From Euryarchaeota archaeon UBA58 (GTDB lineage Archaea; Thermoplasmatota; Poseidoniia; Poseidoniales; Thalassarchaeaceae), in contig DAHR01000008.1 of NCBI GenBank assembly GCA_002498525.1, positions 3,089 through 67,088 on the forward strand: a stretch of DNA of 64,000 bases. The letters are read 5' to 3'. The translations under genes and the position numbers were made by a program. Each line of letters opens with the position of its first letter. Within the stretch, counting starts at the first letter, position 1. The notes below the pieces were generated by a model. The model saw nothing but the letters and a program-made list of their open reading frames with translations. It did no database searches and was not told the origin of the DNA. This document shows positions 46,601 through 56,400 of the stretch, piece by piece.

Positions 46601-47604
46601 ATTTCGTCGACGACGAACTCGTCCGCCTCTACGACATGGAACCGTTCTATCAGATTCAGACTGGAGAGGACCTCGTAGGACACCTCGCCATCGGCCTCGC
46701 CCCGCACACCTCTGGCGGAGTCCTGTGTCGCATAATCGGCTGGACCGACGCCTCCGCAGGCTACGCCCACCCCCTCTTCCACGCTGCGAAAAGACGCAAC
46801 TGCGACGGCGACGAAGACAGTATCCTGATGCTCATGGATGGGCTTCTGAACTTCTCTAAATTCATCCTGCCCGCCAACCGTGGCGGCAGGATGGACGCCC
46901 CTCTCGTGCTCACAACGCGCCTCAACCCGAGCGAGATCGACAAGGAGGCGCTCAATGTGGACTGCTCATGGCAATACCCGCGGGAATTCTACGAAGCAAC
47001 GCTCTTACAACCGCATCCAGCCGAACTCAAATCGATTATCGAGATTGTCGACCATCGCCTCGGAACGGTCGGCGATGTACGCGGCTACGGCTGGACCCAC
47101 GACTCAGGGCCACTCGATGCTGGGCCTACCAACTCCTCCTACAAGACCCTCGAATCAATGGTCGACAAGATGAATGCCCAACTCGCGCTTGGCCAACGCT
47201 TGCGAGCAGTCGACGTTTCCAGAGTTGCGCGCCAAGTCATTGAGTCCCATTTCCTGCCCGACTTGCGAGGCAATCTGATGGCCTTCACGCGCCAGAAGGT
47301 CCGCTGCGTGCGCTGCGGCCATTCCTACCGACGCGTGCCATTGGCAGGGCGGTGCATCCAGCGACGGCGTAACGAAGGGGACTTCGGCAATGGGCGCGAC
47401 GATGGGGGGATGTGCGCGGGAAACGTGGTGTTGACGGTGTCGGAGGGATCGGTTCGAAAATACATCAAAGTGACCCGTCACGTCATCGATAACTACGGTG
47501 TCGACCTCTACACGAAACAGCGAGTCGACTGGCTTTCCGATAGCGTTGATTCCCTCTTCAACGACGATACGGTGACCGTGATGACGCTCGACGATTTCAT
47601 CTAA
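43636..47604 (+). CDS. polC: DNA polymerase II (PolD) large subunit DP2
   Basis: About 1320 aa. N-terminal YHTWLERRTEEVYSVARDARAKGLDF..., central SRMGRPEKA, catalytic KRRNCDGDEDSILMLMDGLLNFS, Cys clusters (CSRCGQESPHLTC; CVRCGHSYRRVPLAGRC). Start at ATG 43636. Confidence 0.95.
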   Translation: MVVEEKPVVVLDEARLSAEMEAYHTWLERRTEEVYSVARDARAKGLDFVDDVEIPRAADLASRTERLLEDYLIPQKGQDPIPIQDDLRELLKKVDRETASIQIAVDVARRMHTLTADVRQSIDTGLRVGLAVLTEAVLVAPLEGIGDVKILNNEDGSEFLSIEFCGPIRAAGGTAQALGVLIGDMVRRELGLDRYVPTTPEVERVKEEFGLYRAGLQYKPPPEEIEIIVRACPVMINGEATEQIECSGYKEVRNIEGSRVRGGVMLVIGEGLCLKAPKLQKHTERLQIPGWEFIAGFTSKGKSKDSKEEYFKRRVISTNERYLDDVIAGRPVFGGPGEPGAFRLRYGRSRASGLAAAGINPVSMEAMGSFLAVGTQMKVERPGKACAVTPTTEIDGPLVLLIDGTFHRIETVEEWRDVEERVLTIWDSGEILVGFGEFLENNKELVPSPYNRDWWAADLAEAMNQPSKVESFAEIIAVKRADLPPGLPFNGAISRGGESALERSQRRRDWNRFLQHLNLEWPQVKAICNEFGTAPPPPWNPWWSDLPLSFTKQLIEALLDSRIKNGDLRLNGAAAQWSADLQLDDVGLDTPSTGEWPGWTKVHEHGVVKSSLMVLGIEHRHHRGDIVIPKHWESLLEGLGLEIHGKGVQRRTEAAPHAANRVTEIRSATLIIEKEDARLDDVEERRSIERIRAETGARQRGLNIEDTEIEGDEAASKITDPGPPDRDGLIAAYRILDDHEVERSLWLVRKLSDLRWEDAVSCRIGSRMGRPEKASRREMKPMVHSLYPIGNYGGPQRLMGHAAAQGSIRIEMGPRICSRCGQESPHLTCHNRPDPKEASECGGKTRERALRGGRKPRRLGQRTSVPLEAILEVKRRRLGLDRLPNRIKAVKGLMSYNQTPEPIEKGILRARHNVSVFRDGTARYDMIDVPVTHFRPREIRTSWQALAELGYTHDIDGQALTNDEQMLELFPQDLIPSTLAIDHLQSTCDFVDDELVRLYDMEPFYQIQTGEDLVGHLAIGLAPHTSGGVLCRIIGWTDASAGYAHPLFHAAKRRNCDGDEDSILMLMDGLLNFSKFILPANRGGRMDAPLVLTTRLNPSEIDKEALNVDCSWQYPREFYEATLLQPHPAELKSIIEIVDHRLGTVGDVRGYGWTHDSGPLDAGPTNSSYKTLESMVDKMNAQLALGQRLRAVDVSRVARQVIESHFLPDLRGNLMAFTRQKVRCVRCGHSYRRVPLAGRCIQRRRNEGDFGNGRDDGGMCAGNVVLTVSEGSVRKYIKVTRHVIDNYGVDLYTKQRVDWLSDSVDSLFNDDTVTVMTLDDFI

Positions 47605-48363
47605 TCAAACCCAGAAACCGAGGTACTGCAAGACCTTCGCCATCCATTGTAACTTCAGCAGCTTCTCCTCGGGGTCGCTTGAGCCGGACCACTCTCCGAC
47701 GATGTCCGTGCGGGTTCCAAGTAGTCTGATGCGCTCGCGCGGCACACCCAAGGCTCGAGCGAAACAGGCCGCGCGGTCACCATCCGTGAAGCCGCCGGGA
47801 TTGTGCATTCCGGCGATTGACTCGGGCGTCTGGTGGGTGAGGACGATCGGGGGTGGGGTTCTGCGACTGCTGGCGAGGGAGAGCAGTTCGGTCCACGCGT
47901 CGGTATTATCTCCGTGGGCGTGGAGAATCATCGGGATTCCCCGTTTGACGGCGGCGACGGTTCCCTCACCACCGTCGGCATCGCTGACCACACATGCGAG
48001 GCGCGACCAAGCGCGTTCGGCGAGTGAATCGGGCAGGGTCGAGAGCACTCCTGTAGCGCCGTCGGCGGCGATGAGCAAGGTATTGTCTGTCAACGCCGTT
48101 TCGATCTCGGCAGTCGTCACTGCCGCGCCGAGCAAGGCGATGTCAGTGGCTCTCAGGACGAGGCGCCGGTGCAGGGCAGCGACGGTCCTTGCGCGCTGTG
48201 CACGAGACCATATATCGACATTAGATTCCTCAATAGCGGCGCGCAGCGCATGGGCGCTCTCGAGATCTGCAGCCAAGCCCCAGCCGAAGTGTTCGCGGAA
48301 CTCATCCTGAATACTGAGCAGGCTGGAGTCGATTGCCTCAAGGTCAGTCGGTCGAGCCTTCAT
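47605..48363 (-). CDS. mptE: 6-hydroxymethyl-7,8-dihydropterin pyrophosphokinase, archaeal MptE-like (DUF115)
   Basis: LLIAADGATGVL...VVSDADGG...MILHAHGDN layout characteristic of DUF115/MptE. Confidence 0.6.
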   Translation of the reverse strand: MKARPTDLEAIDSSLLSIQDEFREHFGWGLAADLESAHALRAAIEESNVDIWSRAQRARTVAALHRRLVLRATDIALLGAAVTTAEIETALTDNTLLIAADGATGVLSTLPDSLAERAWSRLACVVSDADGGEGTVAAVKRGIPMILHAHGDNTDAWTELLSLASSRRTPPPIVLTHQTPESIAGMHNPGGFTDGDRAACFARALGVPRERIRLLGTRTDIVGEWSGSSDPEEKLLKLQWMAKVLQYLGFWV

Positions 48364-48429
48364 CCCTCGCACTCCAGTGGAAGGGCTCGGTGAGTCTTGA
48401 AGAACCCTCGCGACTCCCTGAATGCCACC

Positions 48430-49641
48430 ATGCCGATGCCGCTCACCCCTCCGGCCATCGAAGACGTCTCCGTCCTCGCCCGTTACCCCTTCTTACCACA
48501 GAGCAGTGAGTTCATCCGAGAACAATTGAGCAGCAACGGAATCACCGTCGAGGGCTTGATCGAGGAGCCTTGGTTGGAGGATGTTCGCAGGCGCGGCAGC
48601 CTGCGCCTCGTCGAGGCTGTCACACACAAGGATGGCATCGATGCTGCGACGACGATCGACATCTCGTCGGACATCGGTCGAATGACCGAAGCCCTCTCCT
48701 TCCTGCACGCGATGCTAATCGTCTGTGCTTCCTTCGAAGACCGGCTGCTCACCCGCTGGGTAGAGGGAGAGGCGAGCCGCGCCGACCAACTCTTCGGCAT
48801 GGATGGCAAGAATTTCGACATCATCGCCAGAACCTACCTCTCCGATATCCGTAGCGAACCCGTCCCAGGCACCACCGAGGTGACCTACCACGTTCCACTG
48901 GTCGATTACCTCGAATTATGCCCGAAGATCACTGGGCGATATTGGCGCTTGGTCAATCGCCCCGTCAAAGCCGGCTGGGTTCGCATGGATCCAGACGTCG
49001 GCGAGTCCAGCAGACAGCGTACTGCGCGCCTGCTCAAGGAGCGAGTCCGCACTAGCCTGACCGCGGATTGCGCCAGCCGCATTGCCAAGATGGACGATGC
49101 TTTCGCTAGCCTCTTCGCCGACCCCGTCGACCGCATTCTCGGCCTTCTCAGCGAGAGCGTTCAGGCCGAGATGCCAATGTCAGCGGCCGTCCGCGAGGAC
49201 TGGCCGCCATGCTTCGAATCAGCGGTCGCAGAACTCAGCCAGGGGATCAATGTCAACCACACCGGTCGAGTCTTCCTCGCTGCGATGTCTCGAGCCATGG
49301 GGCACACCCCCGAAGTCACAATCTCCTTCTTCGCCAACGCCCCCGACTACAGCGCCGATACAACCACCTACCAAGTCAACCACATCTACGAGAGGAAATA
49401 CACCCCACATGGGTGTGCAGCGCTGAAGACTGGGGCTCGCTGTCCTGTGAGTTTCGGCGACGACAGGTTGTGCGATCAGGAGTGGATGACTCATCCTCTG
49501 AAGTATCTGCGAGCCAAGCAGAGGCGCCGCTATCAAGAGGAGAATCAAGCTGAAATTCAGGCTGACGAGAGCACTGCTGGCACATCACAAAATCGCCCGA
49601 TAGATGTGGCTGAAAGCAACGAGTTGGACGATTCTTCATAG
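48430..49641 (+). CDS. priL: DNA primase large subunit PriL
   Basis: N-terminal LARYPFLPQSSEFI. C-terminal Fe-S domain WPPCFESAVAELSQGINVNHTGRVFLAAMSRAMG...HGCAALKTGARCP...RLCD. Start at ATG 48430 (track start is TTG 48397). Confidence 0.8.
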   Translation: MPMPLTPPAIEDVSVLARYPFLPQSSEFIREQLSSNGITVEGLIEEPWLEDVRRRGSLRLVEAVTHKDGIDAATTIDISSDIGRMTEALSFLHAMLIVCASFEDRLLTRWVEGEASRADQLFGMDGKNFDIIARTYLSDIRSEPVPGTTEVTYHVPLVDYLELCPKITGRYWRLVNRPVKAGWVRMDPDVGESSRQRTARLLKERVRTSLTADCASRIAKMDDAFASLFADPVDRILGLLSESVQAEMPMSAAVREDWPPCFESAVAELSQGINVNHTGRVFLAAMSRAMGHTPEVTISFFANAPDYSADTTTYQVNHIYERKYTPHGCAALKTGARCPVSFGDDRLCDQEWMTHPLKYLRAKQRRRYQEENQAEIQADESTAGTSQNRPIDVAESNELDDSS

Positions 49642-49682
49642 GGGGGAAGATTCCATCACCCGCCGTACCGGGGGAATCAGGG

Positions 49683-50861
49683 TTGGTCCGCACACTTGTT
49701 CTAACCATAGACAGGGACAATGACTTGGGTGTCAAAGCCGGAATTCGAGGTCCAGTTATTGGACGGAAAGCGACTCTTACGGCGGCTCTGCGTCTCGGTA
49801 TCGCCGACCCTGAGGAATCTGATACGAATGCTATTCTCGGAGCGCTGCATCATCACGACCGCTTGAATGAGCGCTCTGAGGCTGGAGATGCTGTTGAAGT
49901 CGCCATTCTGACCGGCGATGTTCGGGTTGGACCGCGCTCCGACCGCGCCATCGCCAGTCAATTGGATGAAGTGATTCAAGAATTTCAGCCCGATACAGCC
50001 GTGCTGGTTACCGATGGGGCTGACGATGAGGCATCCTTACCAATCATCACATCGAGAGTGCGAGTCGACCATGTCGAGAAAATCATCGTCAGACAATCGA
50101 GGGGGATTGAGAGCACCTACTATTACATCGCCAAGGCCATCGAAGACCCGCGTTGGCGAGCAAAATTATTAGTTCCAATCGCCCTCTTCCTGATGATTTT
50201 GGGACTCGGCCTGATTCTGCCCGGCGGTGGTGCGTTAATCGGCGCCATGCCGCTCATTATGGGAATCTGGATTCTCGCCAAAGGACTCGGCTGGGAACAG
50301 CAGCTCGAGCGCTTGATGATCGATATGAGAGAGAGTGCGACGGGGGGGATTTGGTCCTCTTTGCTTTGGGGATTGTCGATCGTTTCCTTCCTTCTCGCAA
50401 TTCTCACGGCCTACCAGGTTTTCTACGGCTCGCCAGCCGATTTGGAGGGTTATGTCGTCGAAACATTCAGCGGTATTGAGTCCTTTGAACTCGATGCTAT
50501 CAGCCGAGATGTCGCGGTCTGGATCATCGCTTTCGACCAAGCGCTGACGTGGATTCTGGTCGCCACTTTCTCATTCATCCTATCCCTCGGTGTGCTGCGC
50601 TGGAAGGAGGGGACTTTTACCGGCCAAAGTATGGTCATCATCGCCTTCGGTGCGGTGGTTTATTCTATTTCGAAGGCGGTGATTGAAGTCGTCCTGGCCG
50701 AACTTGGTGGCGGCGATTATGCGCTGGAATTCACCACCGTTTCTGAGACTTGGGGGTTACCGATTTTCGTACTCCTTGCGTATTACGTTTTGCGCACAGC
50801 TGTCGAATCTGTGACCTCAGAAGCCGGTGATGATGGTAGTAATCGATTCTGGGGAATTTGA
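49683..50861 (+). CDS. DUF373 family membrane protein
   Basis: Soluble N-terminal domain VLTIDRDNDLGVKAGIRGPVIGR...ADPEESDTNAILGAL, followed by ~6 TM helices. This is the layout of archaeal COG2237/DUF373. Confidence 0.65.
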   Translation: MVRTLVLTIDRDNDLGVKAGIRGPVIGRKATLTAALRLGIADPEESDTNAILGALHHHDRLNERSEAGDAVEVAILTGDVRVGPRSDRAIASQLDEVIQEFQPDTAVLVTDGADDEASLPIITSRVRVDHVEKIIVRQSRGIESTYYYIAKAIEDPRWRAKLLVPIALFLMILGLGLILPGGGALIGAMPLIMGIWILAKGLGWEQQLERLMIDMRESATGGIWSSLLWGLSIVSFLLAILTAYQVFYGSPADLEGYVVETFSGIESFELDAISRDVAVWIIAFDQALTWILVATFSFILSLGVLRWKEGTFTGQSMVIIAFGAVVYSISKAVIEVVLAELGGGDYALEFTTVSETWGLPIFVLLAYYVLRTAVESVTSEAGDDGSNRFWGI

Positions 50862-50862
50862 T

Positions 50863-51300
50863 TTATTTTTCGTAGGTGGTTTCCATCATGCACGATGGGC
50901 AACTAACACGAATCGGTCGCACATCAGGAATGCCGAGAGGAGCGCTGCAATGAGGGCAAACGATAGCTTGACTGACCTGTTGCTGGCGTTTCTCGCCATC
51001 TTGACTCGGGTCGTAGGAAAAGCGGAACTTTTTGGCATCGTCGAGGAAGGTTGGGGTAACATCATCGAGCTCAGCGGCAGCGCCGGCAGCGGTGAATCGT
51101 GACTCACTCTCTGGTGCATCTGCCGCTGGAGAAACAGACAATTGCGGACCTGAAGATGTGGATTCGACAGCGTCGACTTCCGCCTTAACCTCCTCGGCAG
51201 TCATTCCGAGTTCGCGGGCGACGCGGTCGATGGCAAGCGTCTGTTCGTACTCGTCCAAGCCGATGAGTTGTTGCAGTTGGACTGCTGGAATGGGGCTCAT
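50863..51300 (-). CDS. Small acidic protein with C-terminal zinc ribbon
   Basis: CPHCSAPLGIPDVRPIRVSCPSCMMETTY at the C-terminus. 145 aa. Divergent from the Nre gene. Confidence 0.5.
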   Translation of the reverse strand: MSPIPAVQLQQLIGLDEYEQTLAIDRVARELGMTAEEVKAEVDAVESTSSGPQLSVSPAADAPESESRFTAAGAAAELDDVTPTFLDDAKKFRFSYDPSQDGEKRQQQVSQAIVCPHCSAPLGIPDVRPIRVSCPSCMMETTYEK

Positions 51301-51407
51301 CTAGCGACCTCGTGACATCGCAGTCTTTCAACCCCTTTCAATGCCCTCTCTCCTCGCCTCAAACATCGGGTATTGCTAAGAGCGTTCGCTTCAACCTCCG
51401 CCACCAG

Positions 51408-52634
51408 ATGTTCCCAGAGTGCATCGAATGTCGTGGTATCCGCCGAATGTGCGGCATCGACCCGTGTCCACTGCTGTCAGAGGTTCGCAGCAAATTGCCG
51501 GTGGTCGAGCCGACCTCGATTGACGAATTGATCGGCCCCTCCCCTCCACAACTCTTCGTCGGTCGCTATGGTTACCCAGATATTCGGGCGGGTCCGAGTG
51601 CTACTTGGCTGCCCGAGAATGAATCGGGAACTGCTCCGATGAGTACCGGCGATCCAGCTGACCTGTTCGGTAAATCGCTCGAAGAAGTGGCTGCCCGCCA
51701 TGCCAACCTGATCACCGGCGGGCAGCGGATGGAAGTGGCTTCGGCGAGCCGGCCGGGAGAAATGTTAGAGACGACGCAAGAAATTGCCATGGCGGCTCGC
51801 TCAGTCGATATCGAATTGGATTTCGCCAACCCCATCAGGGTTGGGCGCAGCCCTACTTTCGACAGCATGAGTACTCCCTTGGGTCCGAGTGGCGAGGTTC
51901 TGCGGGCTGAGGTGGTTGGTCATGTGAGCATTCCGCGCAAAGTCGATTCAATCGCAGGTGAGACCGATCTTCTGGCAACGAGTGCCGTCGATGAATTGAC
52001 CGCTTCCTCGATCGGGGAGGCTCATATCTCGAGGCTTCTCTCCTCAGGGATTCTTGGCAGGGAGTCTGCTCGTCGCCTCGTTCCGACGCGCTGGAGCATC
52101 ACCGCCACAGATGACATCCTCGGCAAGAGGCTGTGGCGCAAGGTCGGGGATTTGCCCTCCATCGACAAGGTTCTGGTCTACGAAGCGACTTATCTCGACA
52201 ATCGCTTCCACATCATTCTGACACCTGGCATGTGGGCCTTCCAGATGCTCGAGGCTTGGACCAGGGGCTCGCTGTGGACCGATTCTGGACAGGTTCTGGG
52301 CGATTGGGAGGAGCTCAAGCCGAGGACGAAATATGCTGACCGAGTCACCGGCGCGTACTACGCGGCGCGACTCGGCGTGCTCGAACATATGCAATCTGTA
52401 GGGCGTTCGGGCGCTTGTCTGATTTGGAGAGATATCGGAGAAGGATATTGGGCGCCCGTCGGAGTCTGGCTGATTCGTGAGACCGTTCGCGAAGCCATGA
52501 AAGAGGAGCCGAAACGCTTCGACAGTCTCAGCCAAGCCATCAATTATGTCGCACCAAGAATCTCTGCACCAAACGATCTGACCAACTCTTGGTTCGTAAG
52601 GCGCAGCCAACAGACTCGACTCGATTCCTTCTGA
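51408..52634 (+). CDS. nreA: Nre family DNA repair protein (DUF650/DUF651) with C-terminal PIP-like motif
   Basis: N-terminal CIECRGIRRMCGIDPCPLL, central RRLVPTRWSITATDD, and C-terminal QTRLDSF immediately before the stop (QxxLxxF PCNA-interaction pattern). Start at ATG 51408. Confidence 0.65.
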   Translation: MFPECIECRGIRRMCGIDPCPLLSEVRSKLPVVEPTSIDELIGPSPPQLFVGRYGYPDIRAGPSATWLPENESGTAPMSTGDPADLFGKSLEEVAARHANLITGGQRMEVASASRPGEMLETTQEIAMAARSVDIELDFANPIRVGRSPTFDSMSTPLGPSGEVLRAEVVGHVSIPRKVDSIAGETDLLATSAVDELTASSIGEAHISRLLSSGILGRESARRLVPTRWSITATDDILGKRLWRKVGDLPSIDKVLVYEATYLDNRFHIILTPGMWAFQMLEAWTRGSLWTDSGQVLGDWEELKPRTKYADRVTGAYYAARLGVLEHMQSVGRSGACLIWRDIGEGYWAPVGVWLIRETVREAMKEEPKRFDSLSQAINYVAPRISAPNDLTNSWFVRRSQQTRLDSF

Positions 52635-52657
52635 GTTCGGGCTCATGACTTCTCAAT

Positions 52658-53311
52658 TCAGTCTGAGCCGATTGAGCGCTCGAGAAAATCGCTGACGATC
52701 TCGCCCTCGGCCTTGATTAGTTGCTCGGCAACAGTCGATTTCGAAAGACCCAATTTTTCTGCAAGTTCTCTGATCGATGTGCGCTTCGGCACATCGTACC
52801 AGCCGTTCTCATGCGCGAGACGAACCACACGATGCTGCTGCAGAGTCGGGCCCTTCTGAATCAGCCCTTCGGATCCCTTGGCGGAAGTGACTCGCTCGAC
52901 TGGAACCTTGCTGCGGATGTCGCGCAGGAATGAGACCATCGCTTCGTGTCGACCGGCGACCTGTAGAACCAGTCCGCTGGAGGTAAAGTTGGAGCCAAAG
53001 AGGATCGCGAGGTCGCCGCCATGGAAGTAGTGGCCGAGGAAATCGGCGGCGAACTCGAGCACCACGAGGTGGTGGGTGAGAACGCTCGACTGCCATTCCT
53101 CAAGAATCTCGACGACGCGAATTCCGTCGACAAATGTGCCTTGACTCGGACATTTGCCGTCGATGGTGATGCATTCGACCATCAATCGCAGATTTCCATC
53201 CATGATTCCGAGCATCGAGCGGAAGTCCCAAGAGATGCACTGCAAGGCTGCGATGGCTCGAGAATCATGTTCAATCGCCGCGAAGGCGCACTCGATTCGT
53301 ACCGCTCGCAT
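52658..53311 (-). CDS. HTH_10 (bacterio-opsin activator-type) transcriptional regulator
   Basis: C-terminal LTLQQHRVVRLAHENGWYDVPKRTSIRELAEKLGLSKSTVAEQLIKAEGEIV. Confidence 0.75.
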   Translation of the reverse strand: MRAVRIECAFAAIEHDSRAIAALQCISWDFRSMLGIMDGNLRLMVECITIDGKCPSQGTFVDGIRVVEILEEWQSSVLTHHLVVLEFAADFLGHYFHGGDLAILFGSNFTSSGLVLQVAGRHEAMVSFLRDIRSKVPVERVTSAKGSEGLIQKGPTLQQHRVVRLAHENGWYDVPKRTSIRELAEKLGLSKSTVAEQLIKAEGEIVSDFLERSIGSD

Positions 53312-53418
53312 GTGGTTTCCTCGCGTCTCTCAGTCCCCCCTTCTCGTTTTCAATATGCTGCGCTCGGGTCGGAGGGTCGCGGGCGGTACAAGACCGCTCG
53401 CTGCCCTATTCATCCCGA

Positions 53419-56400
53419 TTACTTCCCTGAACGCCCGCGCAGCGCCTCTTCCGAGGCGACGATCGCTCTCGCGACTTCAGGTGAGTAACCGGTCTCAACG
53501 AGATTCTGGAATTGCTCATCCGAGCCATCATCCACCACCTTTGGCTGCTGGATGGCCTCGGTCTTCACCCCCCAGACGCCTCTCTCTGCGTCTTCCATAT
53601 CGTGGATGACAGATTGTGTGTCGTCGCGGACCAGGTCGTTGTGACGGACGCGGCGGCGCGTCTGCAGAGTCGCGCCAGCCATGGCTACGAATGCAAGTGA
53701 GACCATGATGGTCATCAGCAGAGGCGAGTCGCGAATGGTGGCGACGATTCCTCGTGGCAGATTCTTGTCCTCGCTGCTGTCTTGGCAGCCATCGGCGTCG
53801 ATGTCGGTGTTCTTGTTGGATTTCCAATCTATCGCGCCGTGGGGGCACTGGTCACGGGTGTCGGGTATGCCATCGTTGTCATCATCGAGGTCGTACTCAT
53901 CCATGCAACCATCGAAATCGTGATCGATCGTTATGCGAATGCTCATCGGACATGCATCGTCGACATCGAGGATGCCGTCTCCGTCATCATCGTCATCTTC
54001 GGTTGAGTCTTTGCAACCATCCCGGTCGCGATCTGAACTGAGGCTTGAGACCCATCCGGGCGTCGGGTTGGTCTCGCAGTTGTCCTCTGAGGAGGGTATG
54101 CCATCGTTGTCGAGGTCGGTGTCCTCGTTGCGGTCGTCGCAGCCATCGGCATCGGCATCGATGATGTTCGGCGCGAGGCTGCGGATGCATTGATCCTCTG
54201 TATCGAGATAGCCATCATTGTCGTCGTCGAGGTCTTCCTCGGCGTCGTGGCAACCATCTCCATCCCAATCTGTGATGGGGCTTGATTCCCAACCGAATTT
54301 ACCAGCCGTGCAGGCATCATCCTTGTCGAGGACACCGTCATCGTCTACATCAGCGTCCTCGTAGACATCGTGGCAACCATCTCCATCGTGGTCATTGATC
54401 TCGTTCGAGGTCCAATCGAGCATTCCGAAGGCGCAGGAGTCATCCCTGTCGAGCACTCCATCACCGTCGTCATCGAGGTCCTCTTCAAGGTCTTGGCAGC
54501 CATCTGAATCATGGTCGTAGGCTGAACCGGTCCAACCGATGATCCCTGTCGGACAATTGTCATTTATGTCCAAATATGGATCGTTGTCATCGTTGTCATC
54601 CTCATCCGCATCACGGCAGCCATCACCATCGTGATCGGTCGAGTACGCCGCCCAATACTGAGCACCGTTCGGACATTGGTCGAGATGGTTCGGCACACCG
54701 TCACCGTCGTTATCCGTGTCTTCACGCTCGTCATCACAACCGTCGTTGTCGAGGTCGATGCGGTCTGGATTCATAACTCCGACCGGACACTCATCGAGAG
54801 CGTCGAGGATTCCGTCATTGTCGTCATCCTCGTCCTCTGTGGCATCCTTGCAACCGTCTCCGTCGTGATCATTCATCGCGTTGGATATCCAATCCGCTTC
54901 GCCCCACTGACAGAGGTCGTCTTCATCGGCAATGCCGTCTTGGTCGTCGTCGTTCCAATCATTCTCGTTGATCAGATTGACGTGGACGACCTCCTCGGCA
55001 GTCGCGAATTCGTCTGTCGAAGAGCGCACCGTGACGACGATGTCGAAGGATTGATCCTCGTTCACCTGCCGAATATCTGGCGCTCGAATGAGTAGATTGA
55101 CCTCTTCTGAGCCGCCCTCGACCAACGTCGAGGTCGGCTGGTAATTCTCGCCGAAGCCGACTGAAATCTCCCAGAATTCAGGCGCGCCAGCAACATCGAT
55201 GAGGACGATGTCGCTCTCGCCGGGAATCAGGATTCCACGCAGGGTCATGCCTACATCGATCGACTGACCGGAGACCATCGAGGCCGAGCCGGTTTCATCC
55301 GCATCGATATCGAGTGTCATGTCGAAGAGATCCTCAGACCACATGCAGACATCCCACTTGTTCGCCTGACTCTCTTCGTTGGTGCAATCATTGGCGGTCC
55401 AAGCGATGGTGCGCTCAGGCCATGCGAACTTGACTATCGGCTGAGCGCTGGCACTGAACTCGCTGCCGAAGATGCCCATCAGGTTCTGAGTGCTGCTGGC
55501 GATGGTGCGTGTGTTGACGACGCTGTATGCCTGTGTCAGATAGCGATTCAGTGGCAACTCCTCGAATCCATTCATCAGCGGCGACTGGATTCGAGTCCAG
55601 CGTAGCTCGACGATCCCCTCGGTGCCGTCCTTGGCTTCCTGAGTCTCGAACCAGGTGATGTGGATCGAGCCATCGCGGTCGAAGTCGACACGCGGGTTGG
55701 CACCCCACATCAGATTGGACTGCGGAATCGCTGTGTCTTTGACGACGGTCGTGGCTTCCAGATCGAGGCCATCCGCCTCGCCATCCAAGACGCCTCCGCG
55801 CGTCGGATCAATCTGCATATAGTGCAATTGCGACGGGCCTTCCTTGCTCGGGAACTGACTGCGCCCGTCGATCCAGACGACGTGGATGTTGCCATCATCG
55901 TCGACGTTCACATCAGGATTCAGAGCCCAGCCTTGACCGGTTGTCAAGCGAGTGTCGTTGACGAGGACGAAGTGCCCTATCTCATCCCAGCCACCGCCGT
56001 CCTCGCGCCAGTACCAATCGGTGTCCGGTCCGATATCCTCCTGATATTGGCCCGTTACCTCGTCTATTGTGTGGGCGGGCTCGCCCATCGACCAGGTGCT
56101 GCGCGGGTTGGAGAGCATCGAGTAAGGGTTCAAGACGGTGAGGAAGGTATTGGTTGCTCCGCTTCCGGTCGTCAGATTGATGATCGCATCGACCAGCTGA
56201 TTCATCTCATCAGTATAGGAGGCAATCGGTAAAGTAACTTCGTCGATCCAAGCCGCATCGGAGCCACCGTCCACACTTCCATCTTTCGAGTACTTCCATG
56301 TGTATGTGTGATAACCGGCCGAGACCGCTGCGCTGTAAGTTCCATTGCTCTCGCCCGACCAAGCCGCTGTGAAAGAGGAAGCGGAACAGGTCGGATTGTC

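Noticed and set aside
43636-47604. Possible intein in the ~1320-aa PolD large subunit.
   Set aside because: The sequence reads as continuous DP2. No LAGLIDADG/HNH endonuclease block or Cys/Ser...His-Asn splice junction pattern was noticed. The length is within the range of intein-free DP2 proteins.
53756-54965. Long degenerate DNA repeat tract (GA(C/T)-rich), considered as a possible non-coding tandem repeat or mobile element.
   Set aside because: It is the in-frame coding sequence for the thrombospondin type-3 (DxDxDGxxDxxD) repeats of the giant surface protein.
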